A stretch of 64,000 bases of DNA from Heptranchias perlo (Eukaryota), in the NCBI RefSeq assembly GCF_035084215.1, contig NC_090327.1, positions 106,454,001-106,518,000 of the forward strand. Reading direction: 5' to 3'. Under the pieces are notes generated by a model. It saw nothing but the letters and a program-made list of their open reading frames with translations, ran no database searches and was not told the DNA's origin. Of this stretch, positions 12,928-25,859 are shown piece after piece; position 1 is the stretch's first letter, and every line of letters starts with the position of its first letter. The position numbers and the translations under genes are program-made.

Positions 12928-13599
12928 TTTTCAAATAGAACAGTTGGACTATAACCTGGTGTTGTTAGATTCCTTACAATTCAGTTCAGTGGCAGGGCTT
13001 CAAACTGCTTTCCCTTAGATGATGAAACGCTTCTGGTTGCTTCAGCTGCATCCATGCAGAGGAGTGGTGAATATTCCATAACACTCCTGACTTGAGACTT
13101 GTAGAGTGCAGAGATACTTTGAGGGATAAAGGGTACCAAGTTTTGACTTGCTCTTGCAGGCACAGTATTGATATACTGGTCCAGTTCAGCTTTATCAATG
13201 ATGAGTCCCAAGAAGTTGATTATGGAGAACTCAGCAATAGTGGTGCCACTGAAGGTCAGGGGCAGATGGTTGAGCTTTTTCTTGTTGAAGATGGTAATTT
13301 GCTGGCACTAATGTGGCACGAATGTTATCTGCTTCTTGTCAGCCAAGCATGGATGCTGTTCAAGTCCTGTTGTAGGCCGGAAAGGGCTGTTTTATTATCC
13401 CGACTTCTTTCCCTACCTTGAAAAGACTTCCTAAAATTCATTTTTATGACCAAGCTTTTAGTCACCTCGCCTAGCTCTCCCACAATAGCTCAGCATCTGT
13501 TCCCTTTTTTTAAAAAAAAGCATCTATAAAGTGCCTGGAGACATTTTTCGATGATAAAGGTGCTTTATAATTACCAATTGTTGCAGTTGTTCATAATTT

Positions 13600-16500
13600 T
13601 TTAGCATACTCAAAGAATTAAAGATTCTCAAAGATGTAACAGGAAAACATCTAGAAACCAAAAGTACAATAAAGAATAGTCAGCACGGATTTCAAAAGGG
13701 AAGGTCATGCTTGACCAACCTTATTGAATTTTTTGAAGAAGTAACAGAGGGTAGATAAGGGTAATGTAGAAGATGTAATATATTTGGATTTTCAAAAGGC
13801 CTGGGATAAGGTAGTAGACTCATGACTAAGGTTAGAGCATGTGGGGTCAGGGGACAAATAGCAGAATGGATAGCAAGTTGGCTACAAAACAGAAAACAGA
13901 GAGTAGGTGTTAAAGGTAGTTACTCAAACTGGCAAAAGGTAGGAAGTGGTGTTCCAAAAAATTGGTGCTGGCACCACCGTTGTTCACAGTTTACATAAAC
14001 GATTTGGATTCAGGAATCGGAAGTACAATTTCAAAATTTGCAGACGACACCAAATTGGGGGGGTATAGTTAATACTGGGGAGGACTGTGACAAAATAAAG
14101 AAGATATTAAAAAACTTGCAGAATGGGCCTGTAATTGGCTAATCAATTTTAATATAGATAAGTGTGAGATGGTACGTTTTGGTAGGAAGAATAAGTTGGC
14201 CTCATAGTCCTTGGAAAATAAGAGTCTAATTGGGTAGAGGAGCAGAAGGATCTGGAGGTACAGATACGCAAATCACTAAAAGTAGTGATGCAAGTTAATA
14301 AGGCCATAAAAAAAAAAAAACAAAGCACTGGGGTTCATTTCTCGAGGGATAGAACTGAAAAGCAGGGAAGTTATGTTAAACTTGTAGAGAACCTTGGTTC
14401 GACCACACTTGGAGTACTGTGAACAATTGTGGTCTTCATATTACAAAAAGGATATATAGAGGCACTGGAAAAGGTGCAGAAAAGATTTACTAGGATGATA
14501 TCAGAAATGAGTGGTTATACCCATCAAAGCAGTGGGAGACATTCAAAGGGGTGATTCAGGGGTTCAGGGTAAACATGCTCCCACAAAGAAAAAGGGAGGG
14601 GCTGCCAAATCTAGAGCCCCCTGCATGTCAAGAAGCATTCAGGGTAAGATAAAGCAGAAAACGAAAGCCGATGATAGACACCGGGAACTCAAAACTATGG
14701 AAAGCTTAGAGGAGTATACAAAATGCAGGGGTGAAGTTAAAAAGGAAATTAGGAAAGCAAAGAGAGGGTATGAAAAAATATTAGCAGGTAAAATCAATGA
14801 AAACCCAAAGATGTTTTATAACTACATTAAGAGCAAGAGGATAACTAAGGAAAGAATAGGGCCTATTAGAGACCAAAAAGGTAAACTATGTGTCGAGGCA
14901 GAAGATATGGGTATGGTTCTTAATGAATACTTTGCATCTGTCTTTACAAAGGAGAGGGATGTGTAGGGATTGAAGTTAAGGAGGAGGAGTGTGAAATATT
15001 GGATGGGATAAACATAGTGAGAGAGGAAGTATTAAGGGGAAGTGCTTTGTTTTTTTTTATGGCCTTATTAACTTGCATCACTACTTTTAGTGATTTGTGT
15101 ATCGGTACCTCCAGATCCCTCTGCTCCTCTACCCAATTAGACTCACTTGAGCCAGATGAAATGTATCCCAGGCCGTTAAAAGAAGCCAGGGAGGAAATAG
15201 CAGAGGCTTTAACAATCATTTTCCAAACTTCACTGGATACAGGAGTAGTGCTGGAGGATTGGAGGACTGCTAACATTGTACCGTTGTTTAAAAAGGGAGC
15301 AAAGGATGGAACGGGTAATTACAGGCCAGTCAGCCTAACCTCGGTGGCGGGTAAATTATTGGAATCAATTCTGAGGGACAGGATAAACTGTCACTTAGAA
15401 AGGCACGGACTAATCAAGGACAGTCAGCACGGATTTGTTAAGGGAAGGTCGTGTCTGACTAACTTGATTGAATTTTTCAAGGAGGTGACAAGGAGAATCA
15501 ATGAGGGTAGCGCAATTGATGTAGTCTACATGGATTTTAAGCAAGGCTTTTGACAAGGTCCCACATGGCAGACTGGTCAAAAAAGTAAAGGCCCATGGGA
15601 TCCAAGGGAATGTGGCAAATTGGATCCAAAATTGGCTCAGTGGCAGGAAGCAAAGGGTAACGGTCCACGGGTGTTTTTGTGACTGGAAGGCTGTTTCCAG
15701 TGGGGTGGCGCAGGGCTTGGTACTAGGTCCTTTGCTTTTTGTGGTATACGTTAACGACTTGGACTTAAACGTAGGGGGCATGATTAAGAAATTTGCGGAT
15801 GACACAAAGATAGGCCGTGTAGTTGATAAAAAGCTATAGACTGCAGGAAGATATCAATGGACTGGTCAGATGGGCAGAAAAGTGGCAAATGGAGTTCAAC
15901 CCGGAGAAGTGTGAGGTAATGCATTTGGAGAGAGCAAACAAGGCAAGGGAATACCCAATAAATGGGAGGATACTGAAAGGTGTAGAGGAAGTGAGGGACC
16001 TTGGAGTGCATGTCCACAGATCCCTGAAGGTAGCAGGACAGGTAGATAAGGTGGTTAAGAAAGCATATGGAATGCTTTCCTTTATTAGCCAAGGCATAGA
16101 ATATAAAAGCATCGATGTTGTGCTGGAACTGTATAAAACACCAGTTAGGCCACAGCTTGAGTACTGTGCACAGTTCTGGTCACCACATTACAGGAAGGAT
16201 GTAATTGTACTAGAGAGGGTGCAGAGGAGATTTGCGAAGATGTTGCCAGGACTGGAGAATTTTAGCTATGATGACAGATTGGATAGGCTGGGGTTGTTTT
16301 CCTTGGAACAGAGGAGGCTGAGGGGTGATTTGATTGAGGTGTACAAAATTATGAGGGGCCTAGATAGAGTGGATAGGAAGGACCTATTTCCCTTAGCGGA
16401 GGGGTCAATAACCAGGGGGCATAGATTTAAAGTTTTTGGACTAAGGATTAGAGCAGAAATGAGAAAAAAATTTTCACCCAGAGGGTAGTGGTAGTATGGA

Positions 16501-17085
16501 ACTCACTGCCTGAGAGGGTGGTAGAAGCAGAAATCCTCAACTCATTTAAAAAATACCTGCATGTGCACCTGAAGAACTGTGACCTGCAGGGCTATGGACC
16601 AAATGCGGGAAAGTGGGATTATGCTGGGTGGCTTGTTTCTCAGCCGGTGCGGACACGATGGGCCGAATGGCCTCCTTCTATGCTGTAAGTTTTCAATGAA
16701 TCTATCTATGAAAGATTGAACAGGCTCGGGCCCTTTTCTCTAGAAAAGAGAAGACTGAGGAGTAACCTGATAGAGGTCTTTAAGATTATGAAAGGGTTGG
16801 ATAGGATAGACGTAAAGACAACCAGAACTAGGAGCCATAAATATAGATAGTCACTACTAAATCCAATAGGGAATTCAGGAGAAATGTCTTTACCAGAAAG
16901 TGGTTAGAATGTGGAACGCTCTACCACAAGCAGTAGTTGAGGCAAACAGCATAGATGCATATAAGGGGAAGCTAGATAAATACATGAGGGAGAAAGGATA
17001 TGTTGATAGGCTTAGATGAAGAAGGGTGGAAGGAGGCTCATTTGGAGCATAAACCCTGGCATGGACCAAATGGTCTGTTTCAGAC
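13600..17085 (+). mobile_element. Older CR1 LINE (13600-14527 and 16706-17085) interrupted by a younger CR1
   Basis: QHGFQKGRSCLTNL, FADDTKL; sequence resumes after 16705 (gaaagattgaacagg) where it broke off at ~14527. Confidence 0.8.
14528..16705 (+). mobile_element. Younger CR1 LINE nested in older CR1
   Basis: ORFs 14511-16688: NYRPVSLTSV, QHGFVKGRSCLTNL, FADDTKIG, RPQLEYCAQFWSPHY; CR1 3' tail. Confidence 0.92.
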
Positions 17086-17796
17086 TGATTTGAGTTTTTC
17101 GTCTCGTGTTCTTTTTTTCTCTCTCTCCTTCCCCTGCCTCTCTTTCTCTCCCTCCCTCTGTTACACACAGGCCCATCATCTTTCAACATTAGACTCATTC
17201 CAAACTGACTGCTTTATAATTTGGAATTAAAACTGATCCTCTTATTGCTATCTGATGGGCTCTCAGTCTGTTCCAATTCCTTTTCCTTTCCACATCAGAG
17301 GCTATTTTGAAGTCTGTAATTGTCGACCCTGTGAGAGAATGATTTGTTGGGAGGAGGTAAATATTCTTGTGGAACGAATTGCAATGAAAAGTTTGTATTC
17401 CCGGGGTTGTTGGTGAGGTAAAATTGAACAATCGTAAATGTCTGTTTGCTATGGGAGATTTTACTGTAATTTAACATCTGAAAAGATCAATTCAATATTT
17501 TTATGAAGTAGAAGTTCTGAAGGACTGCATAGATTAGAACAATGACCTATCATCGCTGGGATAAGAGTTTGAATTTAGCTCAGGATGATAGAACAAATAT
17601 CTATGCAGAAAAATTGAGATAGCCCCTGTAACATGCATAAGATTGTCTGTTTGAAGAAATGTTTCTAAAAAAAAGTCTCTGGGATGTAAGTCTTCACGAG
17701 ACATTTTAAACAAAACTATGTTATCTTTCCTTTTCTTGCACTATAGAAGAATGTTAGTGGGCAGGCACTTTGTTCTTTTTAATCTTTGGAGACATT

Positions 17797-18617
17797 GAGG
17801 GGCAATTTTGAACTTCCCACGACAGGCGGGAGTGTGTCAAATTGTTTAAAATGTGAAACCCAATCCCAACCCATTGCGACCCGCGCCAACTTCCAATTTA
17901 ACCACGGCGGGTTTGGGGACATTTGAGTAACACACTCTGGAGAGGCGGGTCACTGATTTTAATATTTAAATGAGGCTGCATTCCTCAGATTTTGGTAGCC
18001 ATTTGAATTTAATGGCTGAGGGCTGGATTTCCCAGGATTTGGGAAACCCTGCGGCTGAAGGGAGGCCGGAGCGGACAGATCCAGCAGGTAAGTGCTTTTC
18101 CAGCACTGCTTGTGGGCCAGGAGGAGGAGTGCTTCCCCCAGCCCCTCAAGCAAACATTCTGCCCCGATCTCTCCGCGCGATCTGCCGACCCACCCACCCC
18201 CCGCTATCTTTATTTTTCCCTCCACAATCGGCAGAACCCCCCGCGACTGCGATCTCTTCCTCCCTCAACCGCGATGGCTTCCCCGCCCGCCCCAACCGCG
18301 ATCGCTATCTTCTCGCCGTACCTCCTGCTCCCCCAACCACTATCACTCCCTCCCTCCTCGCTGCCGCGGTCCGAGCCATCCCCCCTACCAACCCCTGATC
18401 TTCTCGTTTGCCAGGGACTGTTCCCAGCGGTCCCTGACTGCTGCCTTCTACTGCAAGCTTTCCCACCCGGCAGCGGCCAGCCTCTCAATCTAGCCAGCTG
18501 CCTGATAGGAAAGGGAGTAAAAAAAATTGTAATGAGAAACTGCCGTTAAATTCGGCAGGACCTCCGCGTTCCCGGTATTTCCGGGTTTCCCGCTCCCTCC
18601 CCGCAAATATCTGGGCC
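17797..18617 (+). mobile_element. GC-rich MITE (Harbinger-like), copy 1
   Basis: Ends GAGGGGCAATTTT and AAATATCTGGGCC; 3-bp TSD ATT; internal blocks shared with copies at 19464 and 47060. Confidence 0.7.
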
Positions 18618-19463
18618 ATTATATCAGTTTAAACTAGTAAAAATAGAGGGCACTTTACATGAAAATAACTATGCAATATTATTTACAATTTAAGCCAAAA
18701 AGGCTGGTTTTAAATTATTTTTTTTTGGTTTCCCACATGTTAGACTAATAATATGATGCAAAAGGCATTTGGTAAGATTTTTGAACATTTACTACATAGA
18801 AAAACAAAGCAGGTAATGTAAGCACGGAAATAAACTACCCTGGAAAAAAGCATGTTGGGCCAAAAATGTGGGTGGAGGGAAAAATGGGGGCATCGAAGAG
18901 GAATGCTATAAGATCTCCAAACGTCTATGACCTTTTCACAGTAGGAGAAATGGCACTTCTCATGTCAACATTTTTGATAATTCATTGAGTATGACAACCT
19001 GTATTTGGTAAAGTTTAAGGGAAGGAGTATTTTTTTTATATACATGTACTTTTTTATTCTTGATAATGTTTTCTCAGGTATTAACACGAGTTATTTAACT
19101 CCCTTCCTCTGTCACTTCTTTTTTCTCTTTCTTACCTTTATCAGTCTTAATATCATTCTGCATTATTCATTATCTGGAGACTTCCCTTTTTAGTTTTGAT
19201 CGCAGTGGCTCGACCAGCTGGTAGCTATTATTCATCATTTTTGATATCGATACCTATTTCAATCTCCTAAATGCTGTCTTGCTTGTCACTTTTTTAAAAT
19301 TAGTTTCAGATGTTTTCCCTCCTTCTAGATTCTTGCCTTTCTGTATGTTGCTTTTCTATTACTTCCACCATTTGTCAATCTCTAGCCTACTTTATCCTTA
19401 ATCAGCCAAAATCATAGCGCTGTTAAAAGGACTCCCACAGTGCCTTCTGAGGTCTTACTTATC

Positions 19464-20349
19464 GGGCAGAAATTTAACTTTGAAAAACTGGTGGGCTGGG
19501 GGCCGGGGAGCGAAGGAGAGGGGGCGGGCATTGAAAATTGCATCAATTTCAGACCCGCATCCAACCTGCCCATTTCCAGTTTTCACCGGGACAGGACAAG
19601 GGGCGGGCAACCAACCTGCTCCCAGGAGGCGGGTTGTCACTAAAACCTATCAAGGAGGCTGCAGGCCTCCATTTTCAAAGGTTTTTTGATTTCAACCCCT
19701 GGGGGCCGGGATTCCGAGGCCTTCTCCTTCACGCCACACGAAAGGAGGTGAGAAAACCCAAAATTGCAGGTAAGTGCCCTTCTGGGACTGCTTGTGGACC
19801 CGGAGGATGAGGAGTGTTTCCCCAAGGCCCAACAAGCCTACCGGCAGCGACCCCACCTAACGATCGCAGACTCCTGCAATGACCCCCGATCTGCACCCCC
19901 CCAACGATCTCGCACCCCCGCGATGACCGCCAATCCGTTTTCCAATGATCGCGGAACCCCGTGATGACCCCCAATGACTGACCACCGATCTCTCCCCCCA
20001 TGACTGACTCCTCCGATGACTGACTCGACCACCCCCCCCCACGTGACCCCCCATGCCCATCGGTCTTCCCGTGACCCCCATGCCCATCGGTGCCCCCATG
20101 CCCAGCCATGCCCACCCATACAACGAAAGACTTACCTTTTCACGTCCTCTTCCTTGGTTTGCTCTGCTCCTGTTCGACTGAGACCAGCCTGTCAATCAGG
20201 CCGGTCAGTCGGATGGCAAACCGGCAAAAAAAAGACGTGCTTACGTCAAAATCGTAAGGACATCCGGGAAACCCGTACTTCCGGGTATCCCATCTGCGAT
20301 TCGACCCTCCCCACCACCCCTTTTCCGGCTCCGGGTTAAAATTACTCCC
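19464..20349 (+). mobile_element. GC-rich MITE (Harbinger-like), copy 2, with internal C-rich degenerate tandem repeats
   Basis: Ends GGGCAGAAATTTA and TAAAATTACTCCC; flanks ATC/ATT; shared caggtaagtgc..ctgcttgtgg..ggaggagtg block. Confidence 0.7.
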
Positions 20350-21433
20350 ATTGTTGCAGCCACAAGCAACTTCAGATTCCTAGAAGGTCTTTCATTCTTC
20401 TAACTTCACTTAATTCAGCCATTGTAGTTTTAAATTCTTCTAACTGTGCCCATTTGGATACCTCTAATTCATCTTCCTCGCATAGTCTTTCACATTAGCC
20501 TAAATGCGTATGTCTCACATTCAATGAACCTCAATCACCTCATAATTCCTCACTGTCCTCTTGCATTCCTTATCCTATTTCTATACTTCAAGTAACAGAA
20601 GAACAAAGAATTTTTTTTAGGCATTTCAACTATTTTTTCTGACTCTTAATGTTCCTGTACTCTGCTAAACTAATATGATTACTAAACTTTTTAAATTTCA
20701 GTTTTAATGCCCATTAACTGTTTTTATTGTGAGTGTCCTTTAGCTTCACTGTGGCTTCTGAATAACTGAATCAAAGCGCGACATTCCTTTAAAATTCAAA
20801 CCAAATTCAAATCTACTATCATTTTGTTCTTTAAAATAGACTTCCAACAGATTAGAACTATAAATTTTATACATACACCCCAATGTGTAATCTTAATCAA
20901 TTTGTCAAGTTCCCCCCACCCCACCAAAAGCTGTTCTTTCACCATATGCAGGCAGGCGTCCCCTGCTCTAAGTCTCCAATAATACTAAAGCTTATTATTC
21001 TGGCTAGCAACATATTTGTACACCCGCTCACTTGAAGTATTATGTATTTCCTAACCTTGGCAAGTTTGACTGATATGCCGTTAGACCATTCTCCAAGAGA
21101 GCTTTTCAGGTGATGTGTTATAATTATATTACTACTATTTTACATTTCAGAGTCTCCATCATATATTTTAAGGAAAACATATTAACACAACATGCTTTGC
21201 TAATATTATAATATACATTATAAATGATTAATTGAAGTGTACAATGCATTTAAGTGGTTCTTAAAAATATATGTTTTTTCAAATTTAAAAAAAATAGAAT
21301 ATTGTACAACTGGTGAGACACAAGGTCTATTAAGCCATCTCACCACCTCACAATCCAAATTCATTGGACACTGGAACATATTGAAATGAGCTTGGTGCAT
21401 ATATGATTTATTAAAATATGCATGTTAAAATAT

Positions 21434-22980
21434 GAATCACAGAAAATTTACGACACAGAAAGAGACCATTTGGCCCATCGTGTGCACGCCGGCCATAAAT
21501 GAGCAACCCAGCCTAATCCCACTTTCCAGCACTTGGTCCGTAGCCTTGTAGGTCATGGCACTTCAGGTGCAGATCCAGGTACTTTTTAAATGAGTTGAAG
21601 GTTTCTACTTCTCCCACCCTTTCAGGCAGTGAGTTCCAGACCCCCACCACCCTCTGGGTGAAAAGATTTTTCCTCAGCTCCCCTCTAATCCTTCTACCAA
21701 TCACTTTAAATCTATGCCCCCTGGTTGTTGACCTCTCTGCTAAGGGAAATGGGTCCTTCCTATCCAATCTATCTAGGCCACTCAATTTTGTACACCTCAA
21801 TTAAATCACCCCTCAGCCTCCCCTGTTCCAAAGAAAACAACCCCAGCCCATCCAATCTTTCCTCATAGCTAAAATTCTCCAGTCCTGGCAACATCCTTGT
21901 AAATCTCCTCCGTATCCTCTCTAGTGCAATTATATCCTTCCTGTAATGTGGTGACCAGAACTGTACACAGTTCTCCAGCGGTGGCCTAACCAGTGTTTTA
22001 CACAGTCCCAACATAACCTCCCTGCTCTTGCATTCTCTGCCTCAGCTAATAAAGGAAAGTATTCCATATGCCTTCTTAACCACCTTATCTACCTGTTCTG
22101 CTACCTTCAGGGATCAGTAGACATGCACTCCAAGGTCCCTCCCTTCCTCTACACCTCCCATTTATTGTGTACTCCCTTGCCTTGTTTGCCCTCCCCAAAT
22201 GCACCACCTCACACTTCTCCGGATTGAATTCCATTTGCCACTTTTCTGCCCAACTGACCAGTCCATTGATATCTTCCTGGTGTTTACAACTTTCCTCTTC
22301 ACTATCAACCACACAGCCAATTTTTGTATCATCTGCAAACTTTTTAATCATGCCCCCTATATTTAAGTCCAAATCATTAATACATATCACAAAACGCAAA
22401 GGGCCTATTACTGAGCCCTGCAGAACCCCACTGGAAACAGCCTTCCAGTCACAAAAATACCCATCGACCATTACCCTTTGCTTCCTGCCACTGAGCCAAT
22501 TTTGGATCCAGCTAGCCACTCTCCTTTGGATCCCATGGGCTTGAACTTTTTTGTCCATTCTGCCATGTGAGACCTTGTCAAAAGCGTTGCTAAAATCCAT
22601 GTAGATTACATCAAAAGCACTACCCTCATCGACCCTCCTTGTCACCTCCTCAAAAAACTCAATCAAGTTAGTCAAACACGATCTTCCCTAAACAAATCCA
22701 TGCTGACTGTCCTTGATTACTTCGTGCCTTTCTAAGTAACGATTTATCTTGTTCCTCAGAATTGATTCCAATAATTTGCTCACCACCAAGGTTAGACTGA
22801 CTGGCCTGTAATTATTTTTTCTATCCCTCGCTCCTTTTTTAAACAATGGTACCACGTTAGCAGTCCTCCAATCCTCCGGCACCACGCCTGTATCCATTGA
22901 GGATTGGAAAATGATGGTCAGAGCCTCTGCTATTTCCTCCCTTGCTTCTTTTAACAGTCTGGGATACATTTCATCCGGCC
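21434..22980 (-). mobile_element. CR1 LINE, 5'-truncated
   Basis: ORFs with [42 protein letters not shown]. Confidence 0.92.
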
Positions 22981-23196
22981 GTGAAATTTAAATTATTGCT
23001 TATGTATACATTTTTAATCTACATTCAGCAGAACTCTTATGATTCATAGCCTACATACAGTTCATTGAACTAGATGTACTCTGGAAATACATCCAACCAC
23101 ACACTTGCAAGCAAAACATCAGAAAATAGGTTTGCTTTATCTGAAAAGGAAACTTTTTGTTTATGAAACATGTAAAAATCCTGTTGATGTTCCTAC

Positions 23197-23325
23197 CTTG
23201 TCTTTGGCCTGTGTTATCATCTCAAAGGACAGCTGGAGTAAGCAGATAACTGCACTCTTTGTGACTCCTTTACCCATGAAAGACATTGCATTTCCTCCCC
23301 ATTCCACATAAAAAGATGAAATGAC
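23197..23325 (-). CDS. RTTN: Rotatin exon [43 protein letters not shown]
   Basis: aacag acceptor, gtagga donor, 129 nt; [15 protein letters not shown] motif. Confidence 0.96.
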
Positions 23326-23923
23326 CTGTTAATGACAGAGTTGGCATAGTCAAAAAATTCATATGAAACAAAATATTTCAGCAGTGGTGGTAAAAACATT
23401 TACCTTGTGTCTCTTCACAGGTTCACTCACAGGTCTGGCTCAATCAATATTAAATATGAAATGGGCTTGCTAGTTCTGAAGAAAGGCACTGGTGCAGAAA
23501 ACCAGAGGGTACAAAGTATTTTCTTTATTTAACTTCAGCATACTTCTAATTTCCCAAGTATCATTTTACTATTATTCTCATTTTTCTTATTTTTACTATT
23601 AGATTTTCGATCCCATTAAATGATGATTATTTCTATCCTTCAAATTGCATCACTGTTACCACTCTCTTTGTCTCCGTTTACTTCCCTTTAATTAGTCCGA
23701 TATCTTTTTCCTTTCTTGAGCTCTCATCGTTAAAGGAAAGAGAATGAAGGGAGCAGTCATTTTTATTTCAAAGATTAGTTGGTGAAAATGCTGTAATCTT
23801 GAATTTTTCTCAGGTATATTATGGTGTTTAAAAAAGGATACTTAGTATTTAAAATTGATTCTTGTAACCTGACAAGTCAAAGATGAGAGCCTTCTCATTC
23901 ACATTTATCACAGTGTTTCAAGA

Positions 23924-24086
23924 CAGGTGAACGGTGTGGGTGAACGGTGTCCACACCGTTCACCTGACGAAGGAGGAAGCCTCCGAAAGCTTGTGGAATT
24001 TAAAATAAATTTGTTGGACTATAACTTGGTGTTGTAAAATTGTTTACAATTGTCAACCCCAGTCCATCACCGGCATCTCCACATCA
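23924..24086 (+). mobile_element. Penelope family-1 3'-end mini-copy with inverted 5' segments
   Basis: Ends in catctccacatca; caggtgaacggtgtgg is the reverse complement of the adjacent ccacaccgttcacctg. Confidence 0.8.
23960..23996 (+). ncRNA. Minimal hammerhead ribozyme motif, intact core
   Basis: UCAC-CUGACGA-A-GGAGG AAG CCUCC-GAAA-GC-UU-GUGG. Confidence 0.8.
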
Positions 24087-24124
24087 TAGTTCAATTATAG
24101 TTGGGAACAGAAATGAGAGGCAAA

Positions 24125-25220
24125 AACCTCCACCATTTCCAGCACAATGCCACACCAAACACATCTTCCCCTCCACTCCCCGGTCAGCATTCTGAAGGGA
24201 CCGTTACCTCCGTGATACCCTGGTCAACTCTTCCATCACCCCCAACACCTGCTCCCCTTCCTCCGGCACTGTCCCATGAAAGCGCAGGAGATATAACACC
24301 TGCCCGTTCACCTCCTCCCTTCCCACCATTCAGGACACCAAACACTCTTTCCAAGTGAAACAGCAATTTACTTGTACTTCTTCCAACTTAGTATACTGTA
24401 TTCGCTGCTCACAATGTGGTCTCCTCTACAATGGGGAGACCAACTGCAGATTGAGTGATCATTTTGCTGAGCAGCTCCGTTCAGTCCACAACTGTGGCCC
24501 TGAGCATCCGGTCGCTTGCCACTTTAATTATCCATCCCATTCTGATCTTTGACTTGGCTTTCTACACAGTTCCAATGAAGCTCAACGCAAGCTCGAGGAA
24601 CAGCACCTCATCCTTCTATTGGCCACTTTACAGCCTACCGGCCTTAAAATTAAGTTTAACAACTTTAGACCTTAATCACTGTTCTCATTATCTCTCGGAA
24701 GCAGGTACTGGTAATGGAGGAGGGCTGCATCAGACCCACTGGGAATGGAAGAGGTTTGGACTGGTGATTGGAGTGGGGATCCCCCATTGGTACACAGCCA
24801 TTGGGGTGGTTTGCGCCCCTGCGGTCTACCTGCATTTCTTCCGCCACATTCCTGGGCCACAGGAACAGTTTCCTCTTTGCCAGGTTTTCCTTGCTTCTCT
24901 GCTATTCTGCTGTAACCAGTTACAACTCCTCTGGACCCATCTTTTGTTTTTATACTTGTCTCATTATCATCTCCTTTTGCCTTACACCACATCACTTTTG
25001 TCATTTAATCACTCCTGCCCTCCACCCTTTCACAGACCTCTCTCCTTTGTTCTCTTCCTGCCCCTTTTCCCTGGCATTGCACTAGCTTAAAAGTTATTCC
25101 ACTCTAACACCTTCCAGTTCTGAAGAAAGTATCATTGACCTGAAACGTTGACTCTGTTTCTCTCTCCACAAATGCTGTCTGATCTGTTAAGTCTTTCCAG
25201 CATTTTCTGTTTTTATTTCA
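24125..25220 (+). mobile_element. Penelope family-2 3' fragment (GIY-YIG region plus tail)
   Basis: KQQFTCTSSNLVYCIRCSQCGLLYNGET..VACHFN; tail with hammerhead-like motif and ccagcattttctgtttttatttca end. Confidence 0.8.
25116..25153 (+). ncRNA. Degenerate minimal hammerhead motif (family 2)
   Basis: AGUU-CUGAAGA-AAGUAUCAUUGACCU-GAAA-CG-UU-GACU; stem II partly disrupted. Confidence 0.55.
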
Positions 25221-25284
25221 AACCTGAATCCTGTTTAAAATGCAATTCATTTTCATAAATTATATCTGACATTTGAATACATAC

Positions 25285-25504
25285 CTCTAGCAGCCCAGTC
25301 AAATATTTTGTACAAAGAGAATAGGATTCCATAGTGGCTGAGTGCATGGTCCAGCCGGGAAGAGCAGTAACGTGGACCATTCCACGCAGTGTCCGCTCTA
25401 ATGAAGGTAGACCGTAGAAATGTGGTGCATCTGTAATTCGCAAACACTGTAGGAGTTTAACAGACAGCTGTGTTCTGAAAGGACCAGCCAACAACAGACA
25501 CTTT
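25285..25504 (-). CDS. RTTN: Rotatin exon [42 protein letters not shown]...KYLTGLLE
   Basis: Inside ORF 25213..25521; ttcag acceptor, gtatgt donor, 220 nt, phase 2/0; [19 protein letters not shown] motif. Confidence 0.96.
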
Positions 25505-25859
25505 CTGAAAAGAAGCAACAAAATGCAAACTCAACGGAAGATCTTTTTTTAATAAATCAAACATGTTTAGTGAAGCAAAAATACTTAATAAAAAATAGCA
25601 TAATCCCTTATTTCAGGTGCAAGTGAAAGGCTTTCAAATGAAAGTTTTACAAAAGCTTCAGTGCAATCATGAACAATTCTGCTACTAGTAGAAAGGTCAT
25701 ATAAATAGTGGCATGAACAGTTAGAAAAAAAATTAATGTCCTGAAAAATGGTAAATGATACTGCTGTCAAGCATACTTGAGAAAGAAAGAGGTTCATTTC
25801 ATACAGGAAACCTTTGAGGTTGGATGTCAAGCACATTACCACAACTTGCATTTATATAG

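Larger units (their letters stand above)
11286..12981 (+). mobile_element. Penelope-like element (family 1): RT C-terminus plus GIY-YIG endonuclease, flanked by inverted pLTR copies
   Basis: Single frame 11559-12641 with two stops: IFFLWTHG..FLDT..LYRKPTD..NVVYLI.C..WYIGET..RMNGH..GLNRD; inverted arms ~11322-11559 and ~12743-12980. Confidence 0.93.
10905..13400 (-). mobile_element. LINE (same family as 33998-34665) split by the Penelope insertion at 11286-12981
   Basis: YKSQVRSVMEYSPL at ~13000-13200 continues into 10905-11285; duplicated agttcag(tg) at both junctions. Confidence 0.7.

Noticed and set aside
17959-20339. Many overlapping Pro/Gly/Arg-rich ORFs
   Set aside because: They arise from the GC-rich MITEs, where stop codons are scarce; no recognisable domains.
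19020-20560. Purine-rich minus-strand sequence around MITE copy 2 as a gag-like or viral remnant
   Set aside because: Only short open stretches (e.g. LCEEDELEVSKWAQLEEF) with no diagnostic motif; needs blastx.
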